DNA of 64,000 bases from an uncultured Bacilli bacterium (GTDB lineage Bacteria > Bacillota_I > Bacilli_A > RF39 > UBA660), in the NCBI GenBank assembly GCA_958421325.1, contig CATZLO010000001.1, positions 7,373 through 71,372 of the forward strand, given 5' to 3'. Position numbers and translations under genes: made by a program. Each line of letters begins with the position of its first letter. Positions within the stretch are counted from its first letter, which is position 1. Under the pieces are notes generated by a model, which saw nothing but the letters and a program-made list of their open reading frames with translations, was not told where the DNA came from and did no database searches. Below, in pieces: positions 51,297-61,062 of the stretch.

Positions 51297-51944
51297 TTGG
51301 AGGCTATGAAAATTGTGGTTAAAGAGGATATTTTGAAGCAACATAAAGAGATTTTAATGACAGCGGGGGTTGAACTTGCTACTAATAATACTAATTCTTT
51401 AATAGAAGATGATATTATTAATGGAGTTATTGAAGTACCACTTGAAGCGATGGATACTGTTAAACAAAGGGTTCTTAATATTGCTAAACATAACAATTTA
51501 ATCTTAAATAGTGATAAATTTAATGAAGTTTTAACTAGTTATAAAGATGACTTGAAGAAAAAGCTTAGAAATATTTTTAAAAAACGGATAGATATAATTA
51601 AAGACAATTATTCCAAGATGGATGATGATAAGCCATTGGAGTTGGTTAAAAACTTAAAGAGAGAATTAGTTAAATTTAATAAAGAGGCTAAAAAAGAAGA
51701 GAAACAAGTTCTTACTAGTCTTGTTAAAGAAAAAATTGTAAGTAATTTAGATTCGATAGTTAAAGATAGTAATCCTAACTTTAAAAAAGATGCTACTAAG
51801 TTTTTACAAACAACATATGTTAAACAGATATTAGAGACAGTTGATATGAAAATATTAGTTAAAGATACGATACTTCTTAATAGTCTTAAAGAACAGATAG
51901 AAAGGTTTGTTTTTACTAAAGAAAATTCTCATTTATTTGATTAA
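51297..51944 (+). CDS. hypothetical protein (K/E-rich, probably coiled-coil)
   Basis: 215-aa ORF, no recognizable domain. Confidence 0.5.
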   Translation: MEAMKIVVKEDILKQHKEILMTAGVELATNNTNSLIEDDIINGVIEVPLEAMDTVKQRVLNIAKHNNLILNSDKFNEVLTSYKDDLKKKLRNIFKKRIDIIKDNYSKMDDDKPLELVKNLKRELVKFNKEAKKEEKQVLTSLVKEKIVSNLDSIVKDSNPNFKKDATKFLQTTYVKQILETVDMKILVKDTILLNSLKEQIERFVFTKENSHLFD

Positions 51945-52096
51945 ATGAGTATTTTTTTTGCTCCTTTTGTTAACTGGAAATAATTACCAGAGAAAAAAAG
52001 TCCTTCTTACGTATATAATATCAATAGATAGCATAATTTTGATGGTATAAAATGGGCTGATATTGGAATAATACTACTGAAAAGGAAGGAGAGCTT

Positions 52097-52636
52097 ATGA
52101 AGACAACAGGTGTAGTTAGAAGAGTTGATGACTTGGGAAGAATTGTAATTCCTAAAGATATTAGAAAATCTCTTAGGATTAGAGATGGTGAGAGTTTAGA
52201 ATTTTTTGTAGATAAAGAGACTATAAGCTTAAAGAAGTTTTCTACTAGTGATGTTTTAAGTGATATTGCACAGTCTTTACTTGATACTATTTATATGACT
52301 ATCAGTAAGAATATCTTTGTTACAGATAGAGATAAGTTTGTAGCAGGTACTGGTAAGTATAAAAAAGAGTTTTGTGGTTGTAATATTTCTACTAAATTAG
52401 AAGAGTGTTTATTTGAAACAGAGAGTCTAGTTAAAGGAACTTGTCAGATAGAAGAGATAGTAGATAGTAAAAACTCGGGTGAAGAGTATAAGTATATTAT
52501 TAGCCCTATACTATCAGATGGTGAGATTATTGGACTTGCTTTAATTCTTAATGAAGATGGTAAGAGTTTTACTGAAGAGGATGAACATATAATACAAATA
52601 ATTGCTAATTTCTTATCAAAATATCTTGAAGATTAA
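52097..52636 (+). CDS. spoVT: stage V sporulation protein T (AbrB-N + GAF-like)
   Basis: MKTTGVVRRVDDLGRIVIPKDIRKSLRIRDGESLEFFVD nearly identical in pattern to SpoVT N-terminus; 179 aa; follows mfd as in B. subtilis. Confidence 0.85.
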   Translation: MKTTGVVRRVDDLGRIVIPKDIRKSLRIRDGESLEFFVDKETISLKKFSTSDVLSDIAQSLLDTIYMTISKNIFVTDRDKFVAGTGKYKKEFCGCNISTKLEECLFETESLVKGTCQIEEIVDSKNSGEEYKYIISPILSDGEIIGLALILNEDGKSFTEEDEHIIQIIANFLSKYLED

Positions 52637-52649
52637 TTTCTCTTGTGTT

Positions 52650-52885
52650 AAAATAGCGTTATTAAAAGTTGTGATGAAGAGTCTTATAAATTCTAGTTAT
52701 AGAGAGTTCTTGGTAGGTGAAAAAGAAATGAGTGATTTTATAAGATATGGCTTCTGAACTTTCATATTGATATGTAAGTATGAACGTGCTAAGCGTTAAT
52801 TAGAATGAGATACAAGGTTTATTGTAAAGAAAGGTGGTACCACGGGTTAGCTCGTCCTTTTGATATGATAAATCTTTTTATTTTG
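52650..52885 (+). promoter_or_regulatory. T-box riboswitch leader (Met-specific candidate) upstream of metG
   Basis: AGAGAG AG-box, GA motif, candidate specifier AUG(A) at about 52727-52730, T-box sequence AAGGTGGTACCACGG at 52820-52834, T-run before RBS. Confidence 0.55.
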
Positions 52886-52900
52886 AAGGAGGAGATATTA

Positions 52901-54439
52901 ATGGATAAATATTATATTACAACTGCTATAAGTTATACATCAGGAAAGCCTCATATTGGTAATACATATGAAGTTGTTTTAGCAGATGCTATTGCAAGAT
53001 ATAAACGAAGTAAGGGGTATGATGTTTATTTTCAAACTGGTACTGATGAACATGGACTAAAAATAGAGACTAAAGCGAAAGAAGCCGGGGTTAAACCTCA
53101 AGAATTTGTTGACTCTATTGCAACTGAGATTAAAAGAATTTGGGATTTAATGGATACTAGTTATGATAATTTTGTTAGAACTACTGATAAACATCATGAA
53201 GAAGTTGTTCAAAAAATATTTAATAAACTATATGAACAAGGAGATATTTATAAAGGTGAATATGAGGGATGGTACTGTACTCCCTGTGAATCTTTTTTTA
53301 CTGATAGTCAATTAGTTGATGGTAAATGTCCTGATTGTGGAAGAGAAGTACAAAAACAAAAAGAAGAGGCTTATTTCTTTAGAATGAGTAAGCATCAGGA
53401 TAGATTATTAAAATATATTGAAGAGCATGATGATTTTATAGAGCCAGAATCTCGTAAGAATGAGATGATAAATAATTTCTTAAAACCCGGTTTACAAGAT
53501 TTATGTGTTACAAGAACTACTTTTAAATGGAGCATCCCTGTTACTTTTGATCCTAAACATGTTATTTATGTATGGATAGATGCTTTAACAAACTATATTA
53601 CTTTTATAGGATATGATCCTTTTGGCAACAGCGATTTGTTTAAAAAGCTTTGGCCAGCTGACTTGCATTTAATTGGAAAAGATATTTTACGTTTCCATAC
53701 TATTTACTGGCCTATTATATTAATGGCTCTAGATTTACCTCTTCCTAAGAAAATATTTGGTCATCCTTGGTTACTTACTGATAATGATAAGATGAGTAAA
53801 AGTAAAGGAAATGTTATTTATGCAGATGATTTAGTAGAGTTATTTGGAGTAGATGCAGTTAGATATTATTTACTTAAAGAGATTCCCTATGCTAATGATG
53901 GTAATTTAACTTATGAATTACTTATTGATGTGATTAATAGCGATCTTGCTAATACTTTAGGTAATTTAGTACAACGTACTATAAGTATGGCTAATAAGTA
54001 TTTTGATGGCGTTGTTACTAATAAGGAGTTTTATGAGGATTTAGATAGTGAATTTATTAGTAAGATTAATAATTTAAGTGATAATATTGATAGGTCAATG
54101 GATAAGTTAGCAGTATCTGAGTCTATTGATTCAATTTTAGAAGTGTTAAGAGCAAGTAATAAGTATATAGATGAAACTACTCCTTGGATTCTTGCAAAAG
54201 ATGATTCTAATAAAGATAGATTGGAGACTGTTTTATATAATTTACTTGAGTCTATCAGAATCTCTTCTATTAATCTTTCTTTTGCAATACCTTCTACTAG
54301 TTTAGAAATATTAAAACAGATTAATAATACTAAAGATGAAAATCATTATTTAAAAGATAATAGATATGAAGTAGGAACTCCTAAAGTATTATTTCAAAGA
54401 ATAGATAAAGAAAAGTTCTTTGATGATTATGATTTGTAA
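52901..54439 (+). CDS. metG: methionine--tRNA ligase (short form)
   Basis: HIGN class I signature, zinc knuckle CPDCG, KMSKSKGN; ATG at 52901 after AGGAGG. Confidence 0.95.
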   Translation: MDKYYITTAISYTSGKPHIGNTYEVVLADAIARYKRSKGYDVYFQTGTDEHGLKIETKAKEAGVKPQEFVDSIATEIKRIWDLMDTSYDNFVRTTDKHHEEVVQKIFNKLYEQGDIYKGEYEGWYCTPCESFFTDSQLVDGKCPDCGREVQKQKEEAYFFRMSKHQDRLLKYIEEHDDFIEPESRKNEMINNFLKPGLQDLCVTRTTFKWSIPVTFDPKHVIYVWIDALTNYITFIGYDPFGNSDLFKKLWPADLHLIGKDILRFHTIYWPIILMALDLPLPKKIFGHPWLLTDNDKMSKSKGNVIYADDLVELFGVDAVRYYLLKEIPYANDGNLTYELLIDVINSDLANTLGNLVQRTISMANKYFDGVVTNKEFYEDLDSEFISKINNLSDNIDRSMDKLAVSESIDSILEVLRASNKYIDETTPWILAKDDSNKDRLETVLYNLLESIRISSINLSFAIPSTSLEILKQINNTKDENHYLKDNRYEVGTPKVLFQRIDKEKFFDDYDL

Positions 54440-54564
54440 AATTTTAGTGTAAACTGAAAAATAAATGGGATGATTTTGATAATTATCCTGTTTTTTATGC
54501 TATAGTTGAGGGGTAGTGGCTGTAGAAACAAGTAGTATTTGAAGTTGTAAGAAAGGATAGAGTT

Positions 54565-54741
54565 ATGACTAAAAAACGAAAGTTAGAAATTGAGACAGTA
54601 GCAGGTGTGATTCTTTACGTGGTTTTGATTGTAATGGTTATTTTGGGACATAATGTATTAGATATTGGTTATTTAGTTGTACTAACAATTTATTTAATAA
54701 GATTGTTTTTATGTCGAAGAAAGAATAAATCTTGTAAATAG
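54565..54741 (+). CDS. small hydrophobic protein (58 aa), hypothetical
   Basis: RBS AAGGATAGAG + ATG; two predicted TM helices; below ORF-track threshold. Confidence 0.3.
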   Translation: MTKKRKLEIETVAGVILYVVLIVMVILGHNVLDIGYLVVLTIYLIRLFLCRRKNKSCK

Positions 54742-54801
54742 TAAAATACTGTTTAGAAGATTCTTTTTTTGATATAATGTTCTTAGAAAAGTGGTGATTT
54801 T

Positions 54802-55557
54802 ATGTTTATAGATACACATTGTCATTTAAGTAGGGAAGACTATGATGATATAGATAAAGTAATAGAGGAAGATAAAGAAGCAGGTGTTGCTAGAATAGTT
54901 GTATCTGGTTTTAGTAGGGAAAGTATAGAGGAAGCAATGAATTTAAAAGATACATATGATATTGTTTATGTTACGATTGGGTATCATCCTGAATGTGCGG
55001 ATAGTGTTACTTTGAAAGATATAGATTATTTAAAAAGTTTATTAGGTGAGAAAAAGATAATTGGTATTGGAGAAATAGGGCTTGATTATCACTATACTAA
55101 AGATAATAAAGATAAACAATTATGGTTATTTGAAGAACAATTAAAGATAGCTGAGTACTTAAATTTGCCTGTAGTTATACATTCTAGAGATGCTACTATG
55201 GATACTATTAATACTTTAAAAAAGTATGATGTAAATGGAATAATTCATTGCTTTAGTGGTAGTTTAGAAATTGCTAATATTTATATAAAAATGGGATTTC
55301 TGTTGGGGATAGGTGGAGTTGTAACATTTAAAAATTCTAAACTTAAGGATGTAGTTAAAGAAATAAGTGTGGACTCTATTGTGCTTGAAACTGATAGTCC
55401 TTATCTTGCGCCCGTTCCATATAGAGGTAAAATAAACTCTTCTAAATATTTAGAATTTATTGCTAAGTTTATTGCTGAGATTAAGAATATTAGTGTAGAA
55501 GAATTAGCAGAAATTACTAGTGAGAATGCTTTAAGTATATTTGACTTTAATAGATAA
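54802..55557 (+). CDS. tatD: TatD family hydrolase
   Basis: MFIDTHCHL start, conserved metal-binding His/Asp/Glu positions. Confidence 0.9.
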   Translation: MFIDTHCHLSREDYDDIDKVIEEDKEAGVARIVVSGFSRESIEEAMNLKDTYDIVYVTIGYHPECADSVTLKDIDYLKSLLGEKKIIGIGEIGLDYHYTKDNKDKQLWLFEEQLKIAEYLNLPVVIHSRDATMDTINTLKKYDVNGIIHCFSGSLEIANIYIKMGFLLGIGGVVTFKNSKLKDVVKEISVDSIVLETDSPYLAPVPYRGKINSSKYLEFIAKFIAEIKNISVEELAEITSENALSIFDFNR

Positions 55558-55597
55558 TAATGTTAGTATTAACTTAATTAGAAAATGAGGTAAAAAG

Positions 55598-56185
55598 ATG
55601 GGTAAAAAATATTTAAGATATTTTTGTTTTGTGATTATTATTTTTGCTTTAGCTTTTGTTGTATTATCTGGTGATAATAAAACTGTGGTAATGACTTCTA
55701 ATATAAATAGTGTAAAAAGCTTACAGGCAGTTCATATTGTAAATAAGTATAATTCTATTAAGGAAATGGAAAAGGCTAGAGAGCCCGTTTTATATAATAA
55801 TTTTTATGATGCAATTAGTGTTGCTAGTAGTAGTCCTGTAGCTTTTATGGGAACAATTACAGCATATGGACCTGACTGTCTAGGATGTTCTGGTAATAGT
55901 GCTTGTCCACCTCGCCAGAATTTTAAAAATGGAAATATTTATTTTGAGGATGAAATTTATGGTAAAGTTAGGATAGTTGCAGCGGATAGATCTATTCCTT
56001 GTGGTAGTATTGTCAGAATAAGTGGTATTAATATTTATAGTGAACCTATTCTTGCTATTGTTATGGATAGAGGAGGAAAAGTTACCGGTAATCATATGGA
56101 TCTGCTTTTTACTAGTAAGTCTAATTTAGAAGGATTTGCAACAAGTCATAATATAAAATTTGAAATTATTCGTTATGGTTGGTAA
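55598..56185 (+). CDS. 3D-domain protein (YabE-like, MltA/RlpA-like barrel)
   Basis: N-terminal TM; C-terminal 3D domain (MDRGGKV...GNHMDLLF) with conserved Asp residues; yabE position. Confidence 0.7.
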   Translation: MGKKYLRYFCFVIIIFALAFVVLSGDNKTVVMTSNINSVKSLQAVHIVNKYNSIKEMEKAREPVLYNNFYDAISVASSSPVAFMGTITAYGPDCLGCSGNSACPPRQNFKNGNIYFEDEIYGKVRIVAADRSIPCGSIVRISGINIYSEPILAIVMDRGGKVTGNHMDLLFTSKSNLEGFATSHNIKFEIIRYGW

Positions 56186-56231
56186 TAAAGTGTCTAATTT
56201 TAGATGCTTTTGTTTTATTTTTTAAAATTTA

Positions 56232-56260
56232 TTGCAACTAAATTAAACCTATGCTATAGT
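56232..56260 (+). promoter_or_regulatory. sigma70-like promoter TTGCAA-N17-TATAGT for first TasA-like gene
   Basis: Hexamers with 17-nt spacer about 25 nt before RBS AGGAGG. Confidence 0.4.
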
Positions 56261-56286
56261 AATAATAGAAGGAGGTTAGATATAGG

Positions 56287-56898
56287 ATGAAAGGTAATAA
56301 TTCTAAACAAGTATTATTATCAGTACTTGGAGTAGCAATTTTAGTTGTAGCAGTAGTTGGTGTATCATTTGCAGCATTTAGTTATAGTAAAACAGGAGAA
56401 AAAGTAAATACAATTACAACTGGTACTATTACAATGAGCTATAGTGAAACAACTAATGGTATTAATTTAACTAATGCGCTTCCAATGACAGATGGAGTTG
56501 GAATGGCTTTGAAGGAAACAAATCAATATTTTGATTTTACTGTAAATGCAACTATTACTGGTGATACAACAATTAACTATGCAGTTACAGCTACAAAAGA
56601 ATTGGGTAGCACTATTCCAGATACTGGAGTTAAAGTTTATTTAACTGATATGGACGGCGACGCTGATACTCAAATTGTAGCACCAACTAAAGTTAGTATG
56701 TTAACTAAAACTTCAAGTGATGCTTCTGGAGCCCCAGATGACCAGTATATGTTAACATCTAATACTTTTAAGACAACAAGTTCACATGATTATCGTTTAA
56801 GAATGTGGGTAGCAGATGATTATGTAGTTGGAACTGACGCTCAGACTTATAAGTTACGTGTAAATGTATATGGTTCTGCAGCAGCTCAAGCTAAATAG
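56287..56898 (+). CDS. TasA/CalY (camelysin)-like secreted protein, paralog 1
   Basis: SipW-type signal/anchor then AAFSYSKTGEKVNTITTGTITMSYSE parallel to TasA/CalY N-terminus (AAFNDIK...ASGTLDLS / FAFFSD...AAGTLDL); Thr/Ser-rich about 200 aa. Confidence 0.6.
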   Translation: MKGNNSKQVLLSVLGVAILVVAVVGVSFAAFSYSKTGEKVNTITTGTITMSYSETTNGINLTNALPMTDGVGMALKETNQYFDFTVNATITGDTTINYAVTATKELGSTIPDTGVKVYLTDMDGDADTQIVAPTKVSMLTKTSSDASGAPDDQYMLTSNTFKTTSSHDYRLRMWVADDYVVGTDAQTYKLRVNVYGSAAAQAK

Positions 56899-56904
56899 AA
56901 AATT

Positions 56905-56940
56905 AAAAAGTGTCTAATTTCTGACACTTTTTTTCTTTTC
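56905..56940 (+). terminator. Rho-independent terminator
   Basis: AAAAAGTGTC-TAATTTCT-GACACTTTTT + T-run. Confidence 0.6.
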
Positions 56941-57006
56941 TTTAAAAAGCCATTGCCTTGTAATTGTATTTTGTGATATAGTTATATTGTAGAAGGAGGA
57001 CAGAAA

Positions 57007-57615
57007 GTGAAAGATAATAATTCTAAACAAATATTATTGTCAGTGCTTGGAGTAGCAATTTTAGTTGTAGCAGTAGTTGGTGTATCATTTGCGGCATTTA
57101 GTTATAGTAAGACAGGAGAAAAAGTAAATACAATTACAACTGGTACTATTACAATGAGTTATAGTGAAACAACTAATGGTATTAATTTAACTGATGCGCT
57201 TCCAATGACTGATGAAGTTGGTAAGGCTTTGAAAGATGAAAATCAATATTTTGATTTTACTGTTAAAGCTGATATAACAGGAGATACAACAATTAATTAT
57301 GCTATTACTGCTACAAAAGAGTCAGATAGTACTTTGCCTGAAGATGGAGTAAAACTTTATTTGACTGATATGAATAATACTGCTGATACACAAATATTAG
57401 CACCTACAAAGTTTAATGCTATACCAAAAACTGGTGCAAGTGAGGCTTCAGGTGCTCCACAAGATCAAGCAAAATTACATACTGGTACATTTACTGCTAA
57501 TGCTACACATGCTTATCGTTTAAGAATGTGGGTAGCAGATGATTATGAAGTTAGTGGTACTTCTAAAACATTCAAAGTTAGAGTAAATGTATATGGCGCA
57601 GCTGTTGCTCAATAA
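57007..57615 (+). CDS. TasA/CalY-like secreted protein, paralog 2 (GTG start)
   Basis: First about 190 nt about 96% identical to paralog 1; RBS GAAGGAGGA. Confidence 0.6.
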   Translation: MKDNNSKQILLSVLGVAILVVAVVGVSFAAFSYSKTGEKVNTITTGTITMSYSETTNGINLTDALPMTDEVGKALKDENQYFDFTVKADITGDTTINYAITATKESDSTLPEDGVKLYLTDMNNTADTQILAPTKFNAIPKTGASEASGAPQDQAKLHTGTFTANATHAYRLRMWVADDYEVSGTSKTFKVRVNVYGAAVAQ

Positions 57616-57646
57616 AAAAGTGTATATAACACTTTTTTTCTTTTCT
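57614..57646 (+). terminator. Rho-independent terminator
   Basis: AAAAAGTGT-ATATA-ACACTTTTT + T-run. Confidence 0.6.
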
Positions 57647-57694
57647 TGCTAAACTTTAATATATGTGCTATATTTTTATTGTAGGAGGCTTGTT

Positions 57695-58306
57695 ATGAAA
57701 AAAGAAGGTATTAACAAATCTAAATCAATGGGATTAATTATTTTTTTTGTTATTATTTTAATTTTAGCTGTAATAGGAGTAAGTTATGCTGCTATATTTT
57801 ATTCTAGAACAGGGGAGAAAATAAATAGGGTTACAACTGGTACTATTACAATGAGTTATAGTGAAACAACCAATGGTATTAATTTGACTAATGCTTATCC
57901 GATGATAGATGAAATTGGAATGCACTTAAATGATGAAAATCAATATTTTGATTTTACTATAAATGCTTCTTTAGGGGGAAATGTTATAATTAATTATGTT
58001 ATTACTGCTACAAAAGAGTCAGATAGTACTTTGCCTGATAATGCTGTTAAAGTATATCTAACAAATGTAGTTAGTGGAAGTGAGTCTCAAGTTTTAGCAC
58101 CTACAAAAATATCTAGTTTACAGGTAACATCTTCAAATGATGTGGGTGCACCTGATGGGCAATTCTTGCTTCTAAATAGTAGTTTTAATAAGACAGAAAC
58201 ACGTAGTTATCGTTTAAGAATGTGGGTGGATAGTGTATATGTTCTTCCTAATATTAGTCAAACATATAAATTACGAGTAAATGTTTATGGTAATGTCGCT
58301 GTTTAA
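57695..58306 (+). CDS. TasA/CalY-like secreted protein, paralog 3
   Basis: ATG at 57695 after TAGGAGG; same conserved blocks (TGTITMSYSETTNGINLTNA, NQYFDFT, YRLRMWV, KLRVNVYG). Confidence 0.6.
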   Translation: MKKEGINKSKSMGLIIFFVIILILAVIGVSYAAIFYSRTGEKINRVTTGTITMSYSETTNGINLTNAYPMIDEIGMHLNDENQYFDFTINASLGGNVIINYVITATKESDSTLPDNAVKVYLTNVVSGSESQVLAPTKISSLQVTSSNDVGAPDGQFLLLNSSFNKTETRSYRLRMWVDSVYVLPNISQTYKLRVNVYGNVAV

Positions 58307-58312
58307 TATTTT

Positions 58313-58342
58313 ATAGTACAGTTTATCTGTACTTTTTTCTTT
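58313..58342 (+). terminator. Rho-independent terminator
   Basis: AGTACAG-TTTAT-CTGTACT + TTTTTCTTT. Confidence 0.55.
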
Positions 58343-58395
58343 ACCTAAAAAAATTAGTGTGATACAATTATTTTAAGATATAAGGAAGTGTTGTT

Positions 58396-59028
58396 ATGGA
58401 TAATCACTATTATAATGATGAAGGTATAGAAAAACAAGCAAATAATAAAATGTTTATTATTATTATTTGTTTGGTTATATTTATTGTTATGGTTATTGGA
58501 GGTTCTATGGCTATTTTTACTTATACAAAAGAAAATAAAAGTATTAATACAATAAGTACAGGTAATATATATTTAAATTATACTGAAGATTCTAATGGTA
58601 TTAATATTACTAATGCTTATCCAATGACTGATGAAGTAGGCAAAAATTTAACAAATGAAGATCAATATTTTGATTTTACAGTAGAAGCTTCATTAGAAGG
58701 TGATGTAGTTGCTAGTTATGAAATCTCAGCTGAAAAGGAGGTGACTTCTACTCTTGATAATGATGAAGTTAAACTTTATTTGGAGAAGAGGGTTAATAAT
58801 TCATATCAAGAAGTAATGGCTCCTAAACGGTTTACTCCTCTTAAAGAAAGTACTGATTTAGGTACTATGGCAGGGTCAATGTTACTTTGTACTGATACTA
58901 TGCAGGGCAATACTATTATTAATTATAGATTAAGAATGTGGGTAGCATCTGATACTATTTTAGATAATTTAGAAAAAAGTTTTGGAGTTAGAGTATCTAT
59001 AAAGGCAAAAATTGATCTAGAAAAATAA
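58396..59028 (+). CDS. TasA/CalY-like secreted protein, paralog 4 (more divergent)
   Basis: Conserved blocks STGNIYLNYTEDSNGINITNAYPMTDEVGK, DQYFDFTV, YRLRMWV; RBS AAGGAAGTG. Confidence 0.55.
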   Translation: MDNHYYNDEGIEKQANNKMFIIIICLVIFIVMVIGGSMAIFTYTKENKSINTISTGNIYLNYTEDSNGINITNAYPMTDEVGKNLTNEDQYFDFTVEASLEGDVVASYEISAEKEVTSTLDNDEVKLYLEKRVNNSYQEVMAPKRFTPLKESTDLGTMAGSMLLCTDTMQGNTIINYRLRMWVASDTILDNLEKSFGVRVSIKAKIDLEK

Positions 59029-59073
59029 TTGTTTTCTTTGTTGTGTTATGATATTTTATTTAAAGAATATTAA

Positions 59074-59754
59074 GTGGGTGATAACTTGAGAAAATTTAAT
59101 AAAGAATGGTTGGTTAAATTTAATAATATATTACACTTTATTACAACTGTTTTGATGTATTCTATTTGTTTGATAATGATTATAGTGTTTGTTGTTTTTG
59201 TTGTTAATTTTGTAGATAAACAGTATAACCTAAAAAATGGTAATAGTAAAAAAGATTTGTTTTCAGCTTATACGATAGTCAGTCCCTCTATGGTGCCAAC
59301 AATTAATGTTTTAGATGTTATTGTTACTATGCGTGTAAATAATCCTGGAGATTTAGAAAAAGGAGATATTATAACATTTAATTCTACAGATTATAGATAT
59401 ACTGGGGTTTTGGTTACGCATAGAATCGTTGATATAGAAAAGACTAGCAGTGGAGATTATTTGTTTACAACAAAGGGAGATAATAATAATACTCAAGATT
59501 CTTCTAGAATTAGTTTTAATGAAATTTATGGTAGAGTTTTATTTAGAATACCTAAAATAGGATATATTCAATATTATCTTAGTTCTATTCTTGGTTGGGT
59601 TGCTATTATTATAGTACCAGCTGTAATGATTATTGGTTATGATATATATAAATTAGTTAAAACTCTGAAATCTAATGATAAAAAAGGGGTAGGTGATAAT
59701 AAAAAATCTAAAAGGGAAAGTAATATAGAGAAGAAAGGGAGGTTTAAAAGATGA
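59074..59754 (+). CDS. sipW: SipW-type (archaeal/ER-type, S26B) signal peptidase I
   Basis: N-terminal TM, SPSMVPT (SxSMxP) catalytic Ser region, GDIITF, LVTHRIV, TKGDNNN, C-terminal TM; pattern closely parallels B. subtilis SipW. Confidence 0.75.
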   Translation: MGDNLRKFNKEWLVKFNNILHFITTVLMYSICLIMIIVFVVFVVNFVDKQYNLKNGNSKKDLFSAYTIVSPSMVPTINVLDVIVTMRVNNPGDLEKGDIITFNSTDYRYTGVLVTHRIVDIEKTSSGDYLFTTKGDNNNTQDSSRISFNEIYGRVLFRIPKIGYIQYYLSSILGWVAIIIVPAVMIIGYDIYKLVKTLKSNDKKGVGDNKKSKRESNIEKKGRFKR

Positions 59755-60287
59755 AAAAGTTTATATTGTTAACTTTAGCAGGGATAGCTTTATTTGCTTT
59801 TATTTTTACAGCTTCAATGTTATGGTATAGTTTTTTTTATTCTGGTCAAGGTGTTAATGATTATAGTTCTATGGAATTTAAGTTGGATAGTGAAAGTAAT
59901 ACTATTGATGAGGGTGGATTGATTCCTTTAGATGATGAAACTGCAAAAATGCTTAAACCTTATGAGTTTAGTGTAAAAAACCATGGAAGTAGTGATGTAG
60001 TTTATAATATCTTATTAGAAGATGGTATAATTAGTGATGATGAAACTTATAGTAGTAAAGAATTACTCTCTAGGAGCCAATTAAAATATCAGTTATCTCT
60101 TAATAATCAATTTATTAAACATGGTAATTTAGATGATATAAAAAATAATATTTTGGATACTAGAAGTATAGTTCCTGGTGGAACTAATAATTATCAATTG
60201 CGTATTTATGTGTCTCAAGATGCTGTTAATACTAATTGGCAGAATAAATATTATCATTTTGAAGTTAGTATAAAGATGGAGGAATAA
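59751..60287 (+). CDS. divergent fifth paralog / TapA-like accessory candidate
   Basis: Start overlaps sipW stop (ATGA); signal/TM; C-terminal NYQLRIYVSQDA and HFEVSIK echo the YRLRMWVADDY / KLRVNVYG motifs. Confidence 0.45.
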   Translation: MKKFILLTLAGIALFAFIFTASMLWYSFFYSGQGVNDYSSMEFKLDSESNTIDEGGLIPLDDETAKMLKPYEFSVKNHGSSDVVYNILLEDGIISDDETYSSKELLSRSQLKYQLSLNNQFIKHGNLDDIKNNILDTRSIVPGGTNNYQLRIYVSQDAVNTNWQNKYYHFEVSIKMEE

Positions 60288-60292
60288 GGTTG

Positions 60293-60371
60293 AAAATTTA
60301 GTTATTTGTTTTTAATTAAATTTGTACCTTTCAGATAACTGGAAGGGTAAAGAAAGGAATGTTAGAAAATT
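60293..60371 (+). promoter_or_regulatory. conserved leader element copy B (hairpin CCTTTCAG-ATAA-CTGGAAGG, then GAAAGGAA RBS)
   Basis: About 80% identical to 47187-47271 including TTGAAAATTTA, hairpin and AAAGAAAGGAATGTTAG...ATTATGAAAA. Confidence 0.6.
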
Positions 60372-61061
60372 ATGAAAAAAATATTATTAGAATATGTTAA
60401 TGTATTTGCTTATACTATTATTGGTCTTATTTTTGGCCTTGCGTTTTTTCTATTATTTTTAAATTTTTATCATATGCAAGAACTTGATGCTAAAGTTGAT
60501 GTAACTTCTTATAATGAAAATAATAGAGTAAAAGTAGAAGAAAAAATAGCTACTATTAAAAATAATATAAATGTGTATAATCAATCTACTTACAATGGGA
60601 CACTTAATATTTATGGGCTTAATACTGTTCAGATAAAGTTACAAAATTGTCTTGAAATTTTAGAAAGTGACGAGGTGATGAAGTACTTTAAACTTGATAA
60701 AATAGGAGTAAAAGATAGCTATAATTTTTCTATTGATTTTAAAAATAGAATATTAAATGATTGCCTAGTGATGCAGATTAAGTCAATATTTAACACTGAT
60801 ACAGTTGCATCTTTACCTAATTTTTCTATTATAAGACCATTTGTTGAACTTGATATTGATACTTTGTTAGGGACTACAGATTATGTTCAAAGTAATATTG
60901 AAAATTCTGATCATTATTATTTTAGTACTACTAATAATAAAATTAATTTCTTTGATTTAGCTGAAGATAGTTATGCAGATGTAATGAACAGTTATCAAAG
61001 TTCTTTAGATTTGATGGTTGAAGTTTCAAATTGGTATAAAAATGTAGTTATAGGAGGTTAA
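60372..61061 (+). CDS. membrane-anchored hypothetical protein
   Basis: 229 aa, one N-terminal TM, no recognizable domain. Confidence 0.5.
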   Translation: MKKILLEYVNVFAYTIIGLIFGLAFFLLFLNFYHMQELDAKVDVTSYNENNRVKVEEKIATIKNNINVYNQSTYNGTLNIYGLNTVQIKLQNCLEILESDEVMKYFKLDKIGVKDSYNFSIDFKNRILNDCLVMQIKSIFNTDTVASLPNFSIIRPFVELDIDTLLGTTDYVQSNIENSDHYYFSTTNNKINFFDLAEDSYADVMNSYQSSLDLMVEVSNWYKNVVIGG

Positions 61062-61062
61062 G

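Noticed and set aside
56287-59028. Type IV pilin / prepilin interpretation of the four paralogs
   Set aside because: No G-F-T-L-I-E prepilin peptidase motif. The N-terminal AAFSYS...TGTI pattern and the adjacent SipW-type peptidase fit the TasA/CalY family instead.
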